From an uncultured Verrucomicrobiae bacterium (GTDB lineage: Bacteria > Verrucomicrobiota > Verrucomicrobiia > Chthoniobacterales > UBA10450), in assembly GCA_963726745.1 (NCBI GenBank), contig CAVSDR010000003.1:608001-672000 (forward strand): a stretch of DNA of 64,000 nt, written 5' to 3'. The first letter of the stretch is position 1. Every line of letters begins with the position of its first letter. Position numbers and translations under genes: made by a program. The notes below the pieces were generated by a model. That model did no database searches. It was not told the origin of the DNA and saw nothing but the letters and a program-made list of their open reading frames with translations. Below, piece by piece: positions 36,518-47,024 of this stretch.

Positions 36518-37546
36518 CTAAAATCGCCGGAACCACCCGTAAGGAAACGCATCCCCCGGGCAATCCGTGGCCCAGCGCGGCGGATTCATCTCGCGATGCG
36601 GCCGCACGGGCATGCTCCCGCCGCAGCGTTCGCGCAGGTAGCGGATCAACTCTTCGCTGGAGGCAAGCTGCGCGCGCGTCGGCTGCTGCTTGTTAAAATC
36701 GCCCACCAGGCAGATGCCTAACGAGATGTTGTTCAGGTAATCGCTGTGCACGTGGCCGCCGTTGATCTGCCGGCGCCAGCGATCGCCCACCTCCACCTGC
36801 CCGTCGCCCGAGGAGGTGCCGTTGCCGACCACGAAATGGTAGGCCATGCCGTTCTGCATCCGCCGGACTTTGCGGTGGTAATAATCGAAGGCGCGCGCGT
36901 TCCCCTGCCGCGTCCCGCTGTTGTGCACGATGATGAATTTCCAGCGCGAGCGCTGGACCGGCGCGCGGCGGATGGCGTCGATCACGCTCCGGCTCAGGTA
37001 GCGGTAGCGCGTCTCCTCGCGACCGCCGAAAATCCGCGCCCAAAAACTGCGCTTCGGCGGCGGAGGAGGCGGCGGCTCGAACCCGCGTTCCTCCTCGATG
37101 CCAGATTTTTGGATTGTGATGTCGGAGGGCAAAGAGGCCGAAATGCGCGGCGTATTAGCCGGCGGGCTGGTCGGCGCGGGCTGGGCGCGGGCGGGCGTTT
37201 CCCGCGGTTCGGCCGCGCTCGCGCGCGGAATGGGCGTGGCCTTTTCTTCGTCGTCCTCGTCGGAGGTGGCGCTGCGCTTCGGCGCGGGCGTCGCTTTCCC
37301 GCTGGCGCTCTTTTTTTTCTTCTTCGAGGTCGCCTTGGGTTTGCCGCTCGACTTCTTTGCCGGCGTCGGCTTGGCGATCGTGTGCATCTCTTCGCGCGCC
37401 TTCAAAAAAGCGTCGCGCTTCTTCTTGTCGGCTTCGGAGATTTCCGCGCGCAAAGCTCCGCCCACGAGCGCCAGCAACACCGCTGCGATTGCGAGCCAGG
37501 AGCCGCGCGCAAAACGCCCGCGCGAAAAAACAGCGCGCAACTTCAA
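36518..37546 (-). CDS. N-acetylmuramoyl-L-alanine amidase (Amidase_2/PGRP type) with a basic low-complexity N-terminus
   Basis: WKFIIVHNS, AYHFVVGNG, LGICLVGDF and TDCPG motifs. Confidence 0.9.
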   Translation of the reverse strand: MKLRAVFSRGRFARGSWLAIAAVLLALVGGALRAEISEADKKKRDAFLKAREEMHTIAKPTPAKKSSGKPKATSKKKKKSASGKATPAPKRSATSDEDDEEKATPIPRASAAEPRETPARAQPAPTSPPANTPRISASLPSDITIQKSGIEEERGFEPPPPPPPKRSFWARIFGGREETRYRYLSRSVIDAIRRAPVQRSRWKFIIVHNSGTRQGNARAFDYYHRKVRRMQNGMAYHFVVGNGTSSGDGQVEVGDRWRRQINGGHVHSDYLNNISLGICLVGDFNKQQPTRAQLASSEELIRYLRERCGGSMPVRPHREMNPPRWATDCPGDAFPYGWFRRF

Positions 37547-38472
37547 GCGGCCTGGGGTTGCAGTTCGTCCGCTCTCCGGCGCGCGGCCCGTTCGCGCTCG
37601 CGCGTGAGAATGGCGTTTAATTTCCCGCCCAACAGGAGGAAGAGGCAGGTGAGATACATCCAGGTCAGGAGCATGATGATGGAGGCGAGCGCCAGGTAAG
37701 TCGGGTTATAGCGATCGTAAGCGCCTACATAATACTGGAAGAGCTTCGTCACCGTGATCCAGCCGAGCGCGAACAGGAGCGCGCCCGGGAGCGCTTGTTT
37801 TACCGTGAGATAATTCTCCGGCGTGAGCAGGTAGAGCGCGAGCGCCAGCACCGTTAGCGCCACCGCAGTCAACGGCAAGCTCAAGGCCGCGACCCATTGC
37901 TGGAGCGGAATCGAGAGCTGGAAATTCACCTCGGCCACGCCGGCCAGGGTTTCGCCAAAGACCATCGCGTTGAAAGAGAACAGGATCGTGATCCCGAACC
38001 AAAACAGGAGGAAAAAGGAGATGATGTATTTCGACCACCAATTGCGATCCTCCGCGATCCCATGCGTGCGGCTGAGCGCGTGCGAGATCGTCGAGATGAA
38101 AAGCGTCCCGAGGTAAATCCCCAGCGCAATTCCGACGTTGCCGAGCACGCCGGTGGCCCCGCTCGTGACCACGTTGGCCACGGCCGCGTCCAGGATGTCG
38201 CCTACTTTCGCGTCCGGCGGCAGGAAGCTTTTCAGAATCAAAAACATCTGGTGCAATTTCGCCGGGTCCGTCCCGAAGAGCCCGAGCAAATGCCAGAGAA
38301 AGAGCAAGCCCGGCGCGAGGGTAAAGAGGAACTGGTAGGCCATCTGCGCGGCCAGCCCGGTGGTGTTGTCCATCGCGGTTTCCCAAACCAAACGGCGCAG
38401 GACCCGGCCGATGAATTTGAGATATCTCATCTGGCGGCTGAGTCTACTTTGCCGATGGTAAACGTCCATCAA
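37543..38472 (-). CDS. YihY/BrkB-family membrane protein
   Basis: LAAQMAYQFLF.LAP, ALPGALL and Y..LASIIMLLTWMY motifs; start may be 38430. Confidence 0.88.
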   Translation of the reverse strand: MMDVYHRQSRLSRQMRYLKFIGRVLRRLVWETAMDNTTGLAAQMAYQFLFTLAPGLLFLWHLLGLFGTDPAKLHQMFLILKSFLPPDAKVGDILDAAVANVVTSGATGVLGNVGIALGIYLGTLFISTISHALSRTHGIAEDRNWWSKYIISFFLLFWFGITILFSFNAMVFGETLAGVAEVNFQLSIPLQQWVAALSLPLTAVALTVLALALYLLTPENYLTVKQALPGALLFALGWITVTKLFQYYVGAYDRYNPTYLALASIIMLLTWMYLTCLFLLLGGKLNAILTRERERAARRRADELQPQAA

Positions 38473-38512
38473 AGTCTCGGCCGCACCGGCCGGCGGCGCA
38501 GCCTAACGAGTC

Positions 38513-39613
38513 TTGAAACGCATCCTCATCCTCACCGCCGGCTTCGGCGAGGGGCATAACAGCGCCGCCCGCGGCCTCCGCGCCGGCCTCGCCCTGGCCA
38601 GCGGCGGCACCGCCCGGGTGGAGGTGCACGATCTCTTCTCCGACACTTACGGGATGGCGAACGACTGGGCCCGCGAGGCCTACCTTGCCTTGATCAACCA
38701 ATGGCCGCGCGCCTGGGCCGGAGTGTATCGCCGGCTTGACCGACAGGAGAAATTTGCCGGCAACTTCCGCGTCTTCTTTTCGCTCAAGAAAGAACTCCGC
38801 CGCCTCCTCGGCCGCTTCGAGCCGGACGTGATCGTCTCGGTCTACCCGGCCTACCCGCACATGCTCGACGAGATGCTCGGGCCCGTCGGCCACTCCGGCG
38901 GGAAACGCGTGGTCGTCATCACCGATTCGCTCACGGTCAACGCCATCTGGTATCGCTGCAGTGCGGACTATTTCCTCCTGCCTAACGAACGCAGCGCCGA
39001 GGTCCTGCGCGCCGCCGGGATCTTGCCGGCTAAACTTCGCACCTTCGGATTCCCGGTCAGCCCGGAGTTTGCCGAGCCGGGCCACTTCCGCGCGCCGCCC
39101 TCGGCTGCGGAAGGGCGGCGCGCGTTGTATCTGATCAATGCCCGCCGCGGGCATGCGCCCGAGCTGGTCCTGCGGCTGGCCGCGCTTCGCGGGATCGAGC
39201 TCACGGTCGCGGTCGGGCGCGACCGCCGCCTGCGCAAAGCGATCGAGCGCATCCAGGGCGTGAGCGCGCGGCCCTTCCAGCTCGTCGGCTGGAGCGAAGA
39301 ACTACCGCGCCTGCTTCGCCGCAGTCATCTGCTCATCAGCAAAGCCGGCGGGGCCACCGTGCAGGAAGCTTTCGCCGCCGGCTGCCCGATGATCGTGAAC
39401 CACGTCATTCCCGGGCAGGAGGAAGGAAACGCCCGCCTCCTCCTGGAGACAAACACCGGCACCGTCGCCACCAGCGACGAGGCGCTCCTCGACGCGCTCG
39501 AGCGCGTCTTCGCCCACGACGCCGCGCAATGGCACGAGTGGTCGGCTAATATCGCGCAACACAGCCGCCCCGAGGCTGCGATCGAAAGTGCGCGCTTCCT
39601 CCTTTCGCTCTAG
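38513..39613 (+). CDS. MGDG synthase/UgtP-like diacylglycerol glycosyltransferase (GT28)
   Basis: ILTAGFGEGHNSAA, VITD, ISKAGGAT and IPGQEEGNA motifs. Confidence 0.88.
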   Translation: MKRILILTAGFGEGHNSAARGLRAGLALASGGTARVEVHDLFSDTYGMANDWAREAYLALINQWPRAWAGVYRRLDRQEKFAGNFRVFFSLKKELRRLLGRFEPDVIVSVYPAYPHMLDEMLGPVGHSGGKRVVVITDSLTVNAIWYRCSADYFLLPNERSAEVLRAAGILPAKLRTFGFPVSPEFAEPGHFRAPPSAAEGRRALYLINARRGHAPELVLRLAALRGIELTVAVGRDRRLRKAIERIQGVSARPFQLVGWSEELPRLLRRSHLLISKAGGATVQEAFAAGCPMIVNHVIPGQEEGNARLLLETNTGTVATSDEALLDALERVFAHDAAQWHEWSANIAQHSRPEAAIESARFLLSL

Positions 39614-39626
39614 CGCGAGCGGCGCT

Positions 39627-40755
39627 TCAGAAGATCCGCTCTCCAGCGACCCAGGTCTGCCGGACCTCAAGGTCTGCGGAGAGCACCACCAAATCAGCGT
39701 CCGCGCCGACACGTAGTTCGCCTTTGTTCGTTAGGCCAAGCGCGCGCGCGGGATTGCGGCTGGCCATCGCCACGGCCTCGGCCAACGGCACACCGACCGC
39801 CTGCACCATCGTGCGCACGAGCTCGTTCATCCGCGCGATGCTGCCGGCTAATTTCTCCGAGCCGGCGAGCCGGCCCGCGCCGCCGCGGACCTCGCAACGA
39901 TTTCCAGCAAGATCAAACTCCGCGCCTTCCTCCAGCCCCGCGCCCGCAGTCGCATCCGTCACCAAGGCGATGCCACCCGCGCCTTTCGCGCGGTAAAGCA
40001 TCCGCAGAAGCATGGGCGAAACGTGATGCCCATCGGCGATCGCCTCGCACAGGATTCCCGGCTCGCTGAGCGCAAACTCGAGCAATCCCGCGACCCGCTC
40101 CGCGCCCCGTCGGCGCATGGAGGACATGCAGTTAAACGAGTGCGTCACCTGCGTCATCCCGCGCGCAAACGCGGCCTGCGCTTCTTCGTCCCAGGCATCG
40201 CTATGCCCGCCGCTGACCGCGATCCCGCACGCGCGAAAACGCTCGATCGCCGCCAGCGCCCCCGGCAATTCCGGCGCAAGCGTGACCTGACGCACGATCG
40301 AGTGCGAACTCGAGCAAACGGCCCACGCTGGCCGCGTCTGGCTCGCGGAGAAACTCCGCGCGCTGCGCGCCTGGCCGCTCCGGCGAAAGGAATGGCCCCT
40401 CGAGATGAAAGCCGGCCACCTGCGGATGGCCGCGAAAATTAGCCAGCACTTTCACCACCTCGTCGAGCGGCGCGGTTGCGGTCGTTAGGCAAAGCGTGGT
40501 CGTGCCGCCGGTGGCGTGGAAGTCGCAGATCTCCGCGATCGCTTCCGCGCTTCCCTCCATCGTGTCGCGCCCGCGCGCGCCGTGGACATGGAGATCGATG
40601 AAGCCGGGCGCAAGAAAATTGCCGTCCAGGTCGATGCCCTCGCCGGCGATCCCCCGCTCGATCCGCACGATCCGCCCCTCGGCGAGCGATAGGTCGAGCC
40701 CCTCCGCCACCCCTTCGGGCAGCAGGAGGCGCGCGTTCCGCAAGACCGTGGGCAT
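39627..40755 (-). CDS. nagA: N-acetylglucosamine-6-phosphate deacetylase; apparent indel near 40300
   Basis: PGFIDLHVHG, HLEGPFL, then TLAPE, GHSDA, THSFNCM, DGHHV and LVTDA in the second frame. Confidence 0.92.
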
Positions 40756-40817
40756 GGCCGGGAGTCTACCCCGGCGCATTGCGTTCGCCACGCGCCAAGT
40801 CCATCATCTCCGCGGCA

Positions 40818-42354
40818 ATGGATTTCGATTACGATGCGGTCGTGCTCGGCGGCGCTTTCTCCGGCGCGGCGACCGCTTTGCTCCTGAAGCGCAAGCACCC
40901 CGCGGCGCGCATCCTCCTGGTCGAGAAGACGGAGGAATTCGACCGCAAAGTCGGCGAATCGACCACGGAAGTAAGCAGCGCTTTCATGACCCGAATGCTT
41001 GGCCTAACGAGCTATCTCGGGCATCACCAGTTGAGCAAGCAGGGGCTGCGGATGTGGTTCGCGAAAGATTCCGCGCAGGCCTTCGACAATTGCGTGGAAG
41101 TGGGCGCGCGCTACCAGGCGCGCCTGCCCACTTTCCAGGTCGATCGCGCGACGCTCGACGAACATCTGCTCTCGCTCGCGGTCGCGGCGGGCTGCGAACT
41201 GCGCCGGCCGGCGAAGGTCACCGGGATCGAGCTGGACTGGCGCCGCCGGGCAGACAGTCACGCTCGCCGACGGCGAAACGGTGCGCACCCGCTGGCTGCT
41301 CGACGCCAGCGGCCGCGCGGCCACGCTCGCGCGCAAGCTCGGCCATTTCCGCGCGAACACCGAGCACCCGATCAACGCCGTCTGGGCGCGCTTCGAGGGC
41401 GTGAAAGATTGGGACAGCTACGAGTGGCGCGAGCGTTTCCCGGAGTACGCGAACGCCTGCCGCACCGGGCGCGGCTGGGCCACCAATCACCTCATGGGCG
41501 AAGGCTGGTGGTGCTGGATTATTCCGCTCAAGGGCGGCGACGTCAGCGCGGGCTTGGTCTACGATTCGCGGCTCTTCCAGTTTCCCAAAGAAGGCCGCCT
41601 GAGCGAGCGATTGCATCAGCACCTGCTCGGGCATCCGGTGGGGCGCGAGATCTTCGCGGACGCGCGCCCGATCGAGGGGGACGCGCACGCTTTCTCGCAG
41701 CTCCCATATGTCAGCGCGCAAGTCTGCGGCGAGGGCTGGGCCTGCGTGGGGGATGCCGCGGGCTTCATCGATCCGCTTTACAGCCCGGGCTTGGATTTTT
41801 GCTCCTACACCAGTTCCTACGTCGCGGACTTGGTGGCCGATGAACTCAGCGGGCGCGACGTCTCCGCGCGCCTCGATTATTATAACGAGCAATATGCCGT
41901 GACCTACCGCGCGTGGTTCGAGACGCTCTACCGGGACAAGTATTTTTACATGGGCGACGCCGAGCTCATGTCGGCTGCGCTCCTGCTCGATGTGGGCGCC
42001 TATTTCGTCGGTCTGGTCACGCCGGTCTATCGCGATCCCGAGCGCGAGTTCCTCCGCCTGCCCTTCGAGGGCGTGCCCGGACGTGTCGTTAGCCGGATGA
42101 TGCGCTTCTACAACCGGCGCCTCGCGCGGCTGGGCCAGCGTCGCCAGCAACACGGCGTCTTCGGCGCAAACAACGCCGGCTGGCGCGAACTTTACGATGG
42201 CTTCGTCCCCGACGCGCGCGTGCGCAAATTGATCCAGAAAGGATTGTTCCGATGGTGGAAAGCGGAACTGACCAACTTGCGGCTGCTCCTCTCGTCGAAA
42301 GGCGCGCAGCAGCGCCTGCCCGCGAGCGCGGCGACCGCAACGGTCAACGCCTGA
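40818..42354 (+). CDS. Flavin-dependent halogenase-like oxidoreductase; apparent insertion near 41238
   Basis: VVLGGAFSG, KVGES, SKQG (candidate catalytic Lys), DASGR, WCWIIP (WxWxIP) and GDAAGFIDPLYSPG motifs. Confidence 0.85.
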
Positions 42355-43256
42355 GCTTTTTCCGGCGCTTTCACGTCCACGGAGTTCTTTGGCGGAACTA
42401 CCTCGACTGGGCGGTGGAAAACGTCCCCTTCCAGTTGCAGCCGGTGCTGCTCTCCATCTGGACGGCTATTTTTTTCCTCTTCGCCCGCCCGGCACGGCGC
42501 GCGGTGGTGCAGAATCTCGCGGTCGTGCTCCCGGGTTCGTCGCGCTGGATGAACCACCTGCGCGCCTTCCGCACGCTCCTGCATTACGCGCAGACGATCG
42601 CCGATGGCGCGAGCTACCGGGTGAAGCGCGCGGAGTTCGACTACGAGATCGAAGGGGCGGAATTTCTCGAGCAGCTTCGCGTGGTCCAGGGCGGGATCGT
42701 GCTCACCGCGCACATGGGAAATTACGATCTCGGCGCGGCCCTCTTCGCGCAGAAATTCCAGCGCGAACTCTTCATGGTCCGCGCGCCGGAACGCGACGCA
42801 GAGGCGGGCGCGCATCTCTCCAGTTTCGTGCAGGAGACCGGGCGCGGCGCGGTCAAGATCGCCTACAACCAGGACGGGGCGCACATCGCCTTTGACCTGC
42901 TGAACGCGCTCCGCCGCGGCGAGGTGATCTCGATCCAGGGAGACCGCGGCATTCCCGGACTGAGCCTCGTCGCGGGCGAAATGTTTGGCGCGCCGGTCGA
43001 TTTTCCGGCGGGCCCGTTCACCCTCGCGCAGGTCACGGGTGTGCCGATTTTCCCGCTCTTCATCGTCCGCCGCGGTTACCATCGCTACCGCATCATCGTG
43101 CGGCCGCCGCTGCGGGTGGAGCGCGCTGGGCGTAGCCGCGACGCGGCGCTCGCGGCCGCGGCGGCCGACTGGAGCCGCGTGCTCGAGGAAGTGATTGCGC
43201 AGCATTGGGCGCACTGGTTTGCCTTCACTCCGGTCTTCAAAAAAGGAGGCGCGTGA
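42252..43256 (+). CDS. Lysophospholipid/lipid A-type acyltransferase
   Basis: LTAHMGNYD (HxxxxD), IQGDR and FPAGPF.LA motifs; start uncertain. Confidence 0.85.
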   Translation: MVESGTDQLAAAPLVERRAAAPARERGDRNGQRLSFFRRFHVHGVLWRNYLDWAVENVPFQLQPVLLSIWTAIFFLFARPARRAVVQNLAVVLPGSSRWMNHLRAFRTLLHYAQTIADGASYRVKRAEFDYEIEGAEFLEQLRVVQGGIVLTAHMGNYDLGAALFAQKFQRELFMVRAPERDAEAGAHLSSFVQETGRGAVKIAYNQDGAHIAFDLLNALRRGEVISIQGDRGIPGLSLVAGEMFGAPVDFPAGPFTLAQVTGVPIFPLFIVRRGYHRYRIIVRPPLRVERAGRSRDAALAAAAADWSRVLEEVIAQHWAHWFAFTPVFKKGGA

Positions 43257-43684
43257 GCGAGTTTTACTTCTCGTTGCCGCGGCTGCTGCTCCGGAGCGGC
43301 GCACCGAGCGAGCGGAATGTTTTCGAGGCGCACTTCGTGGGCACGCTCGAGCATCTCGTCGTCTATTTTTGTGCGTGGGAGCTTTGCCTAACGAGTCTTC
43401 CGGGGTGGGCGCAACTCATCCTTAGCCTGCCGCTGGCGGTGCTGGTCTTTCTTGGCTGGTTGCTCCTTTTTTACCTGAACAGTCGGCTGTTGCGCCTCGG
43501 CCTTTTCGCGGGGCTGCCGCGCAGCCGCGCGCAAAATAATCTCGTCGGCCTCGTCGCCACCGCGGCCGCCTTCTCTCTTCTTTGGGCCGGCCATTGGCAT
43601 GCCTGGATCGGCGCGCTCTGGCTTGCGCTCACGGTGCTCAACCTCTTCGCCGCGGCCGTGCTCGCGCTCGACCGCATCCGCTGA
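43253..43684 (+). CDS. Hypothetical membrane protein
   Basis: AGGAGG RBS, GTG overlapping the upstream stop, about four hydrophobic helices. Confidence 0.7.
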   Translation: MSEFYFSLPRLLLRSGAPSERNVFEAHFVGTLEHLVVYFCAWELCLTSLPGWAQLILSLPLAVLVFLGWLLLFYLNSRLLRLGLFAGLPRSRAQNNLVGLVATAAAFSLLWAGHWHAWIGALWLALTVLNLFAAAVLALDRIR

Positions 43685-43688
43685 TCTC

Positions 43689-44478
43689 ATGCTCCGCGGC
43701 TTTCTCCTTGGCTTTGCTTTCGCCGCGCCGTTGCTCTCGTTAGGCAGCGCTTTCCTGGGGCTCTCCTGGCTGCTCGCGCTCGCGCCCGTTGCTCGTTTCC
43801 CATGCGCTCCTGCTCTACGCCACGCTCACGCCCAACTGCGCCTGGTGGGGCCCGGTGCGCACCGAATTTCGCACCCGCGAAAAGGAAGTCTGGCTGACGC
43901 TCGACGATGGCCCCACGCCGGCGCACACGCTCGTCTTTCTGGAACTCCTGAAGCGCTACGACGCGCGCGCGACTTTCTTTGTCGTCGGCGAACGGGCGGA
44001 GGCGCATCCGCATTTGATTACCGAGATCCTGGCGCACGGCCACGCACTCGCGAACCACACGCAAACGCACCCGCGCGCGAGCTTTTGGTGCGCCGGTCCG
44101 GGCCGCATCGCGGGGGAAATCGACGCCTGCGCGGAGACGTTGCGGAGCGCACCCGACCGGCCGGCGCGCTACTTCCGTTCACCCGTCGGGATGACGAATC
44201 CCTTCGTCCATCCCGCGCTGGCGCGCCGCGGCCTGGCGCTCATCGGCTGGAGCGTGCGCGGGTTGGACACGATCGCGCGCGACCCGGTGAAAGTCGCCGA
44301 CCGGATCGACCGCGCGCTTCGCCCGGGCGCGATCCTTTTGTTGCATGAAGGCCAGCGGGTCGAGCGCGACCCGGAGTTCAATCCCCGCTGTCTTGAACTC
44401 GTGCTCCAGCGGCTGGCCACGCGCGGTTACCGCTGTGTGATCCCGCGGCCGGAACAACTGCGGCCGGCCGGCGTTTAA
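43689..44478 (+). CDS. Polysaccharide deacetylase (NodB/CE4) with an N-terminal membrane anchor; apparent indel near 43786
   Basis: LTLDDGP, ATFFVVG, NHTQTH, FRSPVG and ILLLHE motifs. Confidence 0.88.
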
Positions 44479-45130
44479 AAATAAACAGCCGATTGTTAAA
44501 CGGCCCCTGCCCCCACATCGGATACTCCGCGGTCTCGAAGGCCGCGGAAGTGAACGGCGCGCAAATCGACTCGCGCGTCGCGAAGTGCAGCGGCACGGTC
44601 ACGTTCCAGGAAACGCCCTGCGCGAAGCGCTCCATCACATGCGTGGCCCAGTAGCGCAGCGAGCCATCGCGCGGGCAGTCTCGCAGGAAGACCAAACCGT
44701 TTTCCGAGACCTGCGCCGCCGCCATCCGCAGGAGCTCGGCCTGCGCCGTGGGCTCGAGGTAATGGAGCACGTCGAGGAGGGTCAAATGCCCGCGCACCGG
44801 CGGGAGCGCGCGGTGGGCGCATTGCTTGAGAAAAGTGATGTCGCCGTAGTTTTCCGCAGCGATCGCGGCCGCGCGATCGACTTTCCGCTCGTCGATGTCG
44901 AGGCCAGTGATCGCAGGAGCAAAGCCGCGCTCGCGCAGGTAAAACGGGAGCAAACCGACGCCACAGCCGATGTCGAGCAGCGGCTCCGGATGGGCGTGCA
45001 AGCGCTCGTAAACCGCGGCGAAAACGCCGTCGCCCCGCAGCTTGCTCAGGGCGTAGGAGCGCAGCCAGCGCTCCGAATAATGGCCGGCCACGCGGCGGCA
45101 GGCCTCGTCGTGGGAACAGGGCCGGCTCAC
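44378..45130 (-). CDS. Class I SAM-dependent methyltransferase
   Basis: LLDIGCGVG, GLDID and LLDVLHY motifs. Confidence 0.88.
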   Translation of the reverse strand: MSRPCSHDEACRRVAGHYSERWLRSYALSKLRGDGVFAAVYERLHAHPEPLLDIGCGVGLLPFYLRERGFAPAITGLDIDERKVDRAAAIAAENYGDITFLKQCAHRALPPVRGHLTLLDVLHYLEPTAQAELLRMAAAQVSENGLVFLRDCPRDGSLRYWATHVMERFAQGVSWNVTVPLHFATRESICAPFTSAAFETAEYPMWGQGPFNNRLFIFKRRPAAVVPAAGSHSGNRAWPAAGARVQDSGD

Positions 45131-46230
45131 GGCAGCGCGGGGTTGAGCAAGCCGAGATACCAGCGGAGCAACTGCGGGCCAAAGAACATCCAGATGAGCG
45201 CGCCGCCCGCGAGATAAGGACCGAAGGGCAACTTAGCCGACCAGACGCGTTTCCCGATCACGAGCGTGCCCAGGCCGACGATGGAGCCGAGGAGCGACCC
45301 GGCGAAGATGCTGAATAAAACTGCGCGCCAGCCGAGAAACGCGCCGATTGCGGCGAGGAATTTCAAGTCGCCGCGCCCCATCGCTTCGCGCGGAATTTGC
45401 AGCTCGCGGACCACGCCGGTGATGCTGCCGAGCTGATCAAGCTGCAACTCTTCCGCGCCCACTTGGACGCGGTTGTAATGGAAGCGCAGGTCGAGCGCGC
45501 CCAACGCGCGGCCATCGATCGCGGCCTCGTTGCATTGGAGGATGAGCTGGTCTTTTTCGCGCGCGAAATTCTCACTCCAGAGCCCGCGCTCGTCGCCCAC
45601 GACGAAGTCTGCGTCATCGCCCTGGCGCGTCCAACTGAAGGCCACCGGCGCGTCGAGCCGGATGCGTTTCTTGCCGAAGACGAGCTTGCCGCCTTCCAGC
45701 ACCAGCCAGAGGAGCGCATAGCCCAGCGCGGCCGAGCCTAACGAGTAGAGCAACGCCTGCCAGCGGACCGCGGTGAGCATTAACTCCGGCACCAGCAGGC
45801 TGGCCACCACCCCCGCGCCCACGCCACCGAGCGTAATCTCGTCCGGGATGATGTAATGCTCGAAGTCGATGAAAGTCGCAGCGATCAAGAGCGAGACCAG
45901 GACGAGATAAGCCAGCGCCATGTCCCAGGGAAAAGTGCGCCAGACCGCCAGGAAGAGCAGGGCCGTGAGCAGTTCGACCGCGAAATAACGGAAAGCGATC
46001 CGCGCCCCGCAATTCGCGCAGCGCCCGCGGAGCGTGAGCCAGCTGACGAGCGGCAAATTCTGGTGCCACGGGATCTGGTGCTTGCAGACGGGGCAGAAGG
46101 AACGCTTCGGTTCATTCACCGAAAGATCGAGCGGCAGCCGATAGATGCAGACGTTCAGGAACGAGCCCACGCAGGCCCCGAGAACGAAGGCAAAAACGTT
46201 AAAGAGAATTTCGTAGGCGAGCGGTTCCAT
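45127..46230 (-). CDS. pilD: Prepilin peptidase (A24) with an internal soluble insertion
   Basis: GSFLNVCIYRLP, CPVC...CANC zinc site, IDFEHYIIPD, MGRGDLK and LPFGPYL motifs. Confidence 0.92.
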   Translation of the reverse strand: MEPLAYEILFNVFAFVLGACVGSFLNVCIYRLPLDLSVNEPKRSFCPVCKHQIPWHQNLPLVSWLTLRGRCANCGARIAFRYFAVELLTALLFLAVWRTFPWDMALAYLVLVSLLIAATFIDFEHYIIPDEITLGGVGAGVVASLLVPELMLTAVRWQALLYSLGSAALGYALLWLVLEGGKLVFGKKRIRLDAPVAFSWTRQGDDADFVVGDERGLWSENFAREKDQLILQCNEAAIDGRALGALDLRFHYNRVQVGAEELQLDQLGSITGVVRELQIPREAMGRGDLKFLAAIGAFLGWRAVLFSIFAGSLLGSIVGLGTLVIGKRVWSAKLPFGPYLAGGALIWMFFGPQLLRWYLGLLNPALP

Positions 46231-46233
46231 TCG

Positions 46234-47016
46234 TTAGCCATTCCGGAGCCGCTCCGCGCGCCGTTGCATGAACCAGGCGATCCAGATGCAGCTTTCGTAG
46301 AGACCATACATCGGCAACGCCATCGCCAGGAGGCTGAGCACATCCGGCGTGGGCGTGATGAAAGCCGCGAGCACGAAGATGAGCACTACTGCGTAGGGCC
46401 GCGTTCGCGCCATCAGCGCATAAGTGACAAACCCGAGCCGCACGAGCGCGAGCACCACCACCGGCAATTCGAAGGCGAGCCCAAAGCCGATGGTGAAGCG
46501 GGTCACGAAGGAATAATATTCCTGCACCGTCCAGGCTGGCTGCCAGCCGAGCGACTGCGTGTCCTTGAAGAAAAACGCGATCGTGTTCGGCAACAAAAAG
46601 TAATAGCAGGCGAGCACGCCGGTGAGGAAAAGCGCGAAGCTTACAAAAATAGCCGGCAACATCAGCCGCTTCTCCACCGCGGTCAGCGCCGGGAGGATGA
46701 ACTCCGCGAGGAAGTAAAGCAGGAGCGGAAACGAGAGCACGATCCCGGCATAGAATGCGAGCGAGAAGGAGATCGTAATCGAGTCGGTGATCCCGAGCGC
46801 GCGCAGCGCCCCGATCTCCGGCGAAACCTTGTGCAGCGGGCGCTGCAGCAGATTTACCAGCTCCTCGCGAAAAGCGAACGCGAGGATCATGGTCACGAAA
46901 AGCGTGATCGCCATCTTCACGATCGTCCAGCGCAGGTCCTCGAGGTGTTCGAGGAACGGCTTGGCCGATTCGGTTTCCGGGATTTCCCGAAACTTGAAAA
47001 AATTCCGCAGCGCCAT
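46234..47016 (-). CDS. tatC: Twin-arginine translocase subunit TatC
   Basis: FLEHLEDLR, FILPALT..EK, GLAFELP, ITPTPD and LYE motifs. Confidence 0.95.
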   Translation of the reverse strand: MALRNFFKFREIPETESAKPFLEHLEDLRWTIVKMAITLFVTMILAFAFREELVNLLQRPLHKVSPEIGALRALGITDSITISFSLAFYAGIVLSFPLLLYFLAEFILPALTAVEKRLMLPAIFVSFALFLTGVLACYYFLLPNTIAFFFKDTQSLGWQPAWTVQEYYSFVTRFTIGFGLAFELPVVVLALVRLGFVTYALMARTRPYAVVLIFVLAAFITPTPDVLSLLAMALPMYGLYESCIWIAWFMQRRAERLRNG

Positions 47017-47024
47017 CTCGTCGG

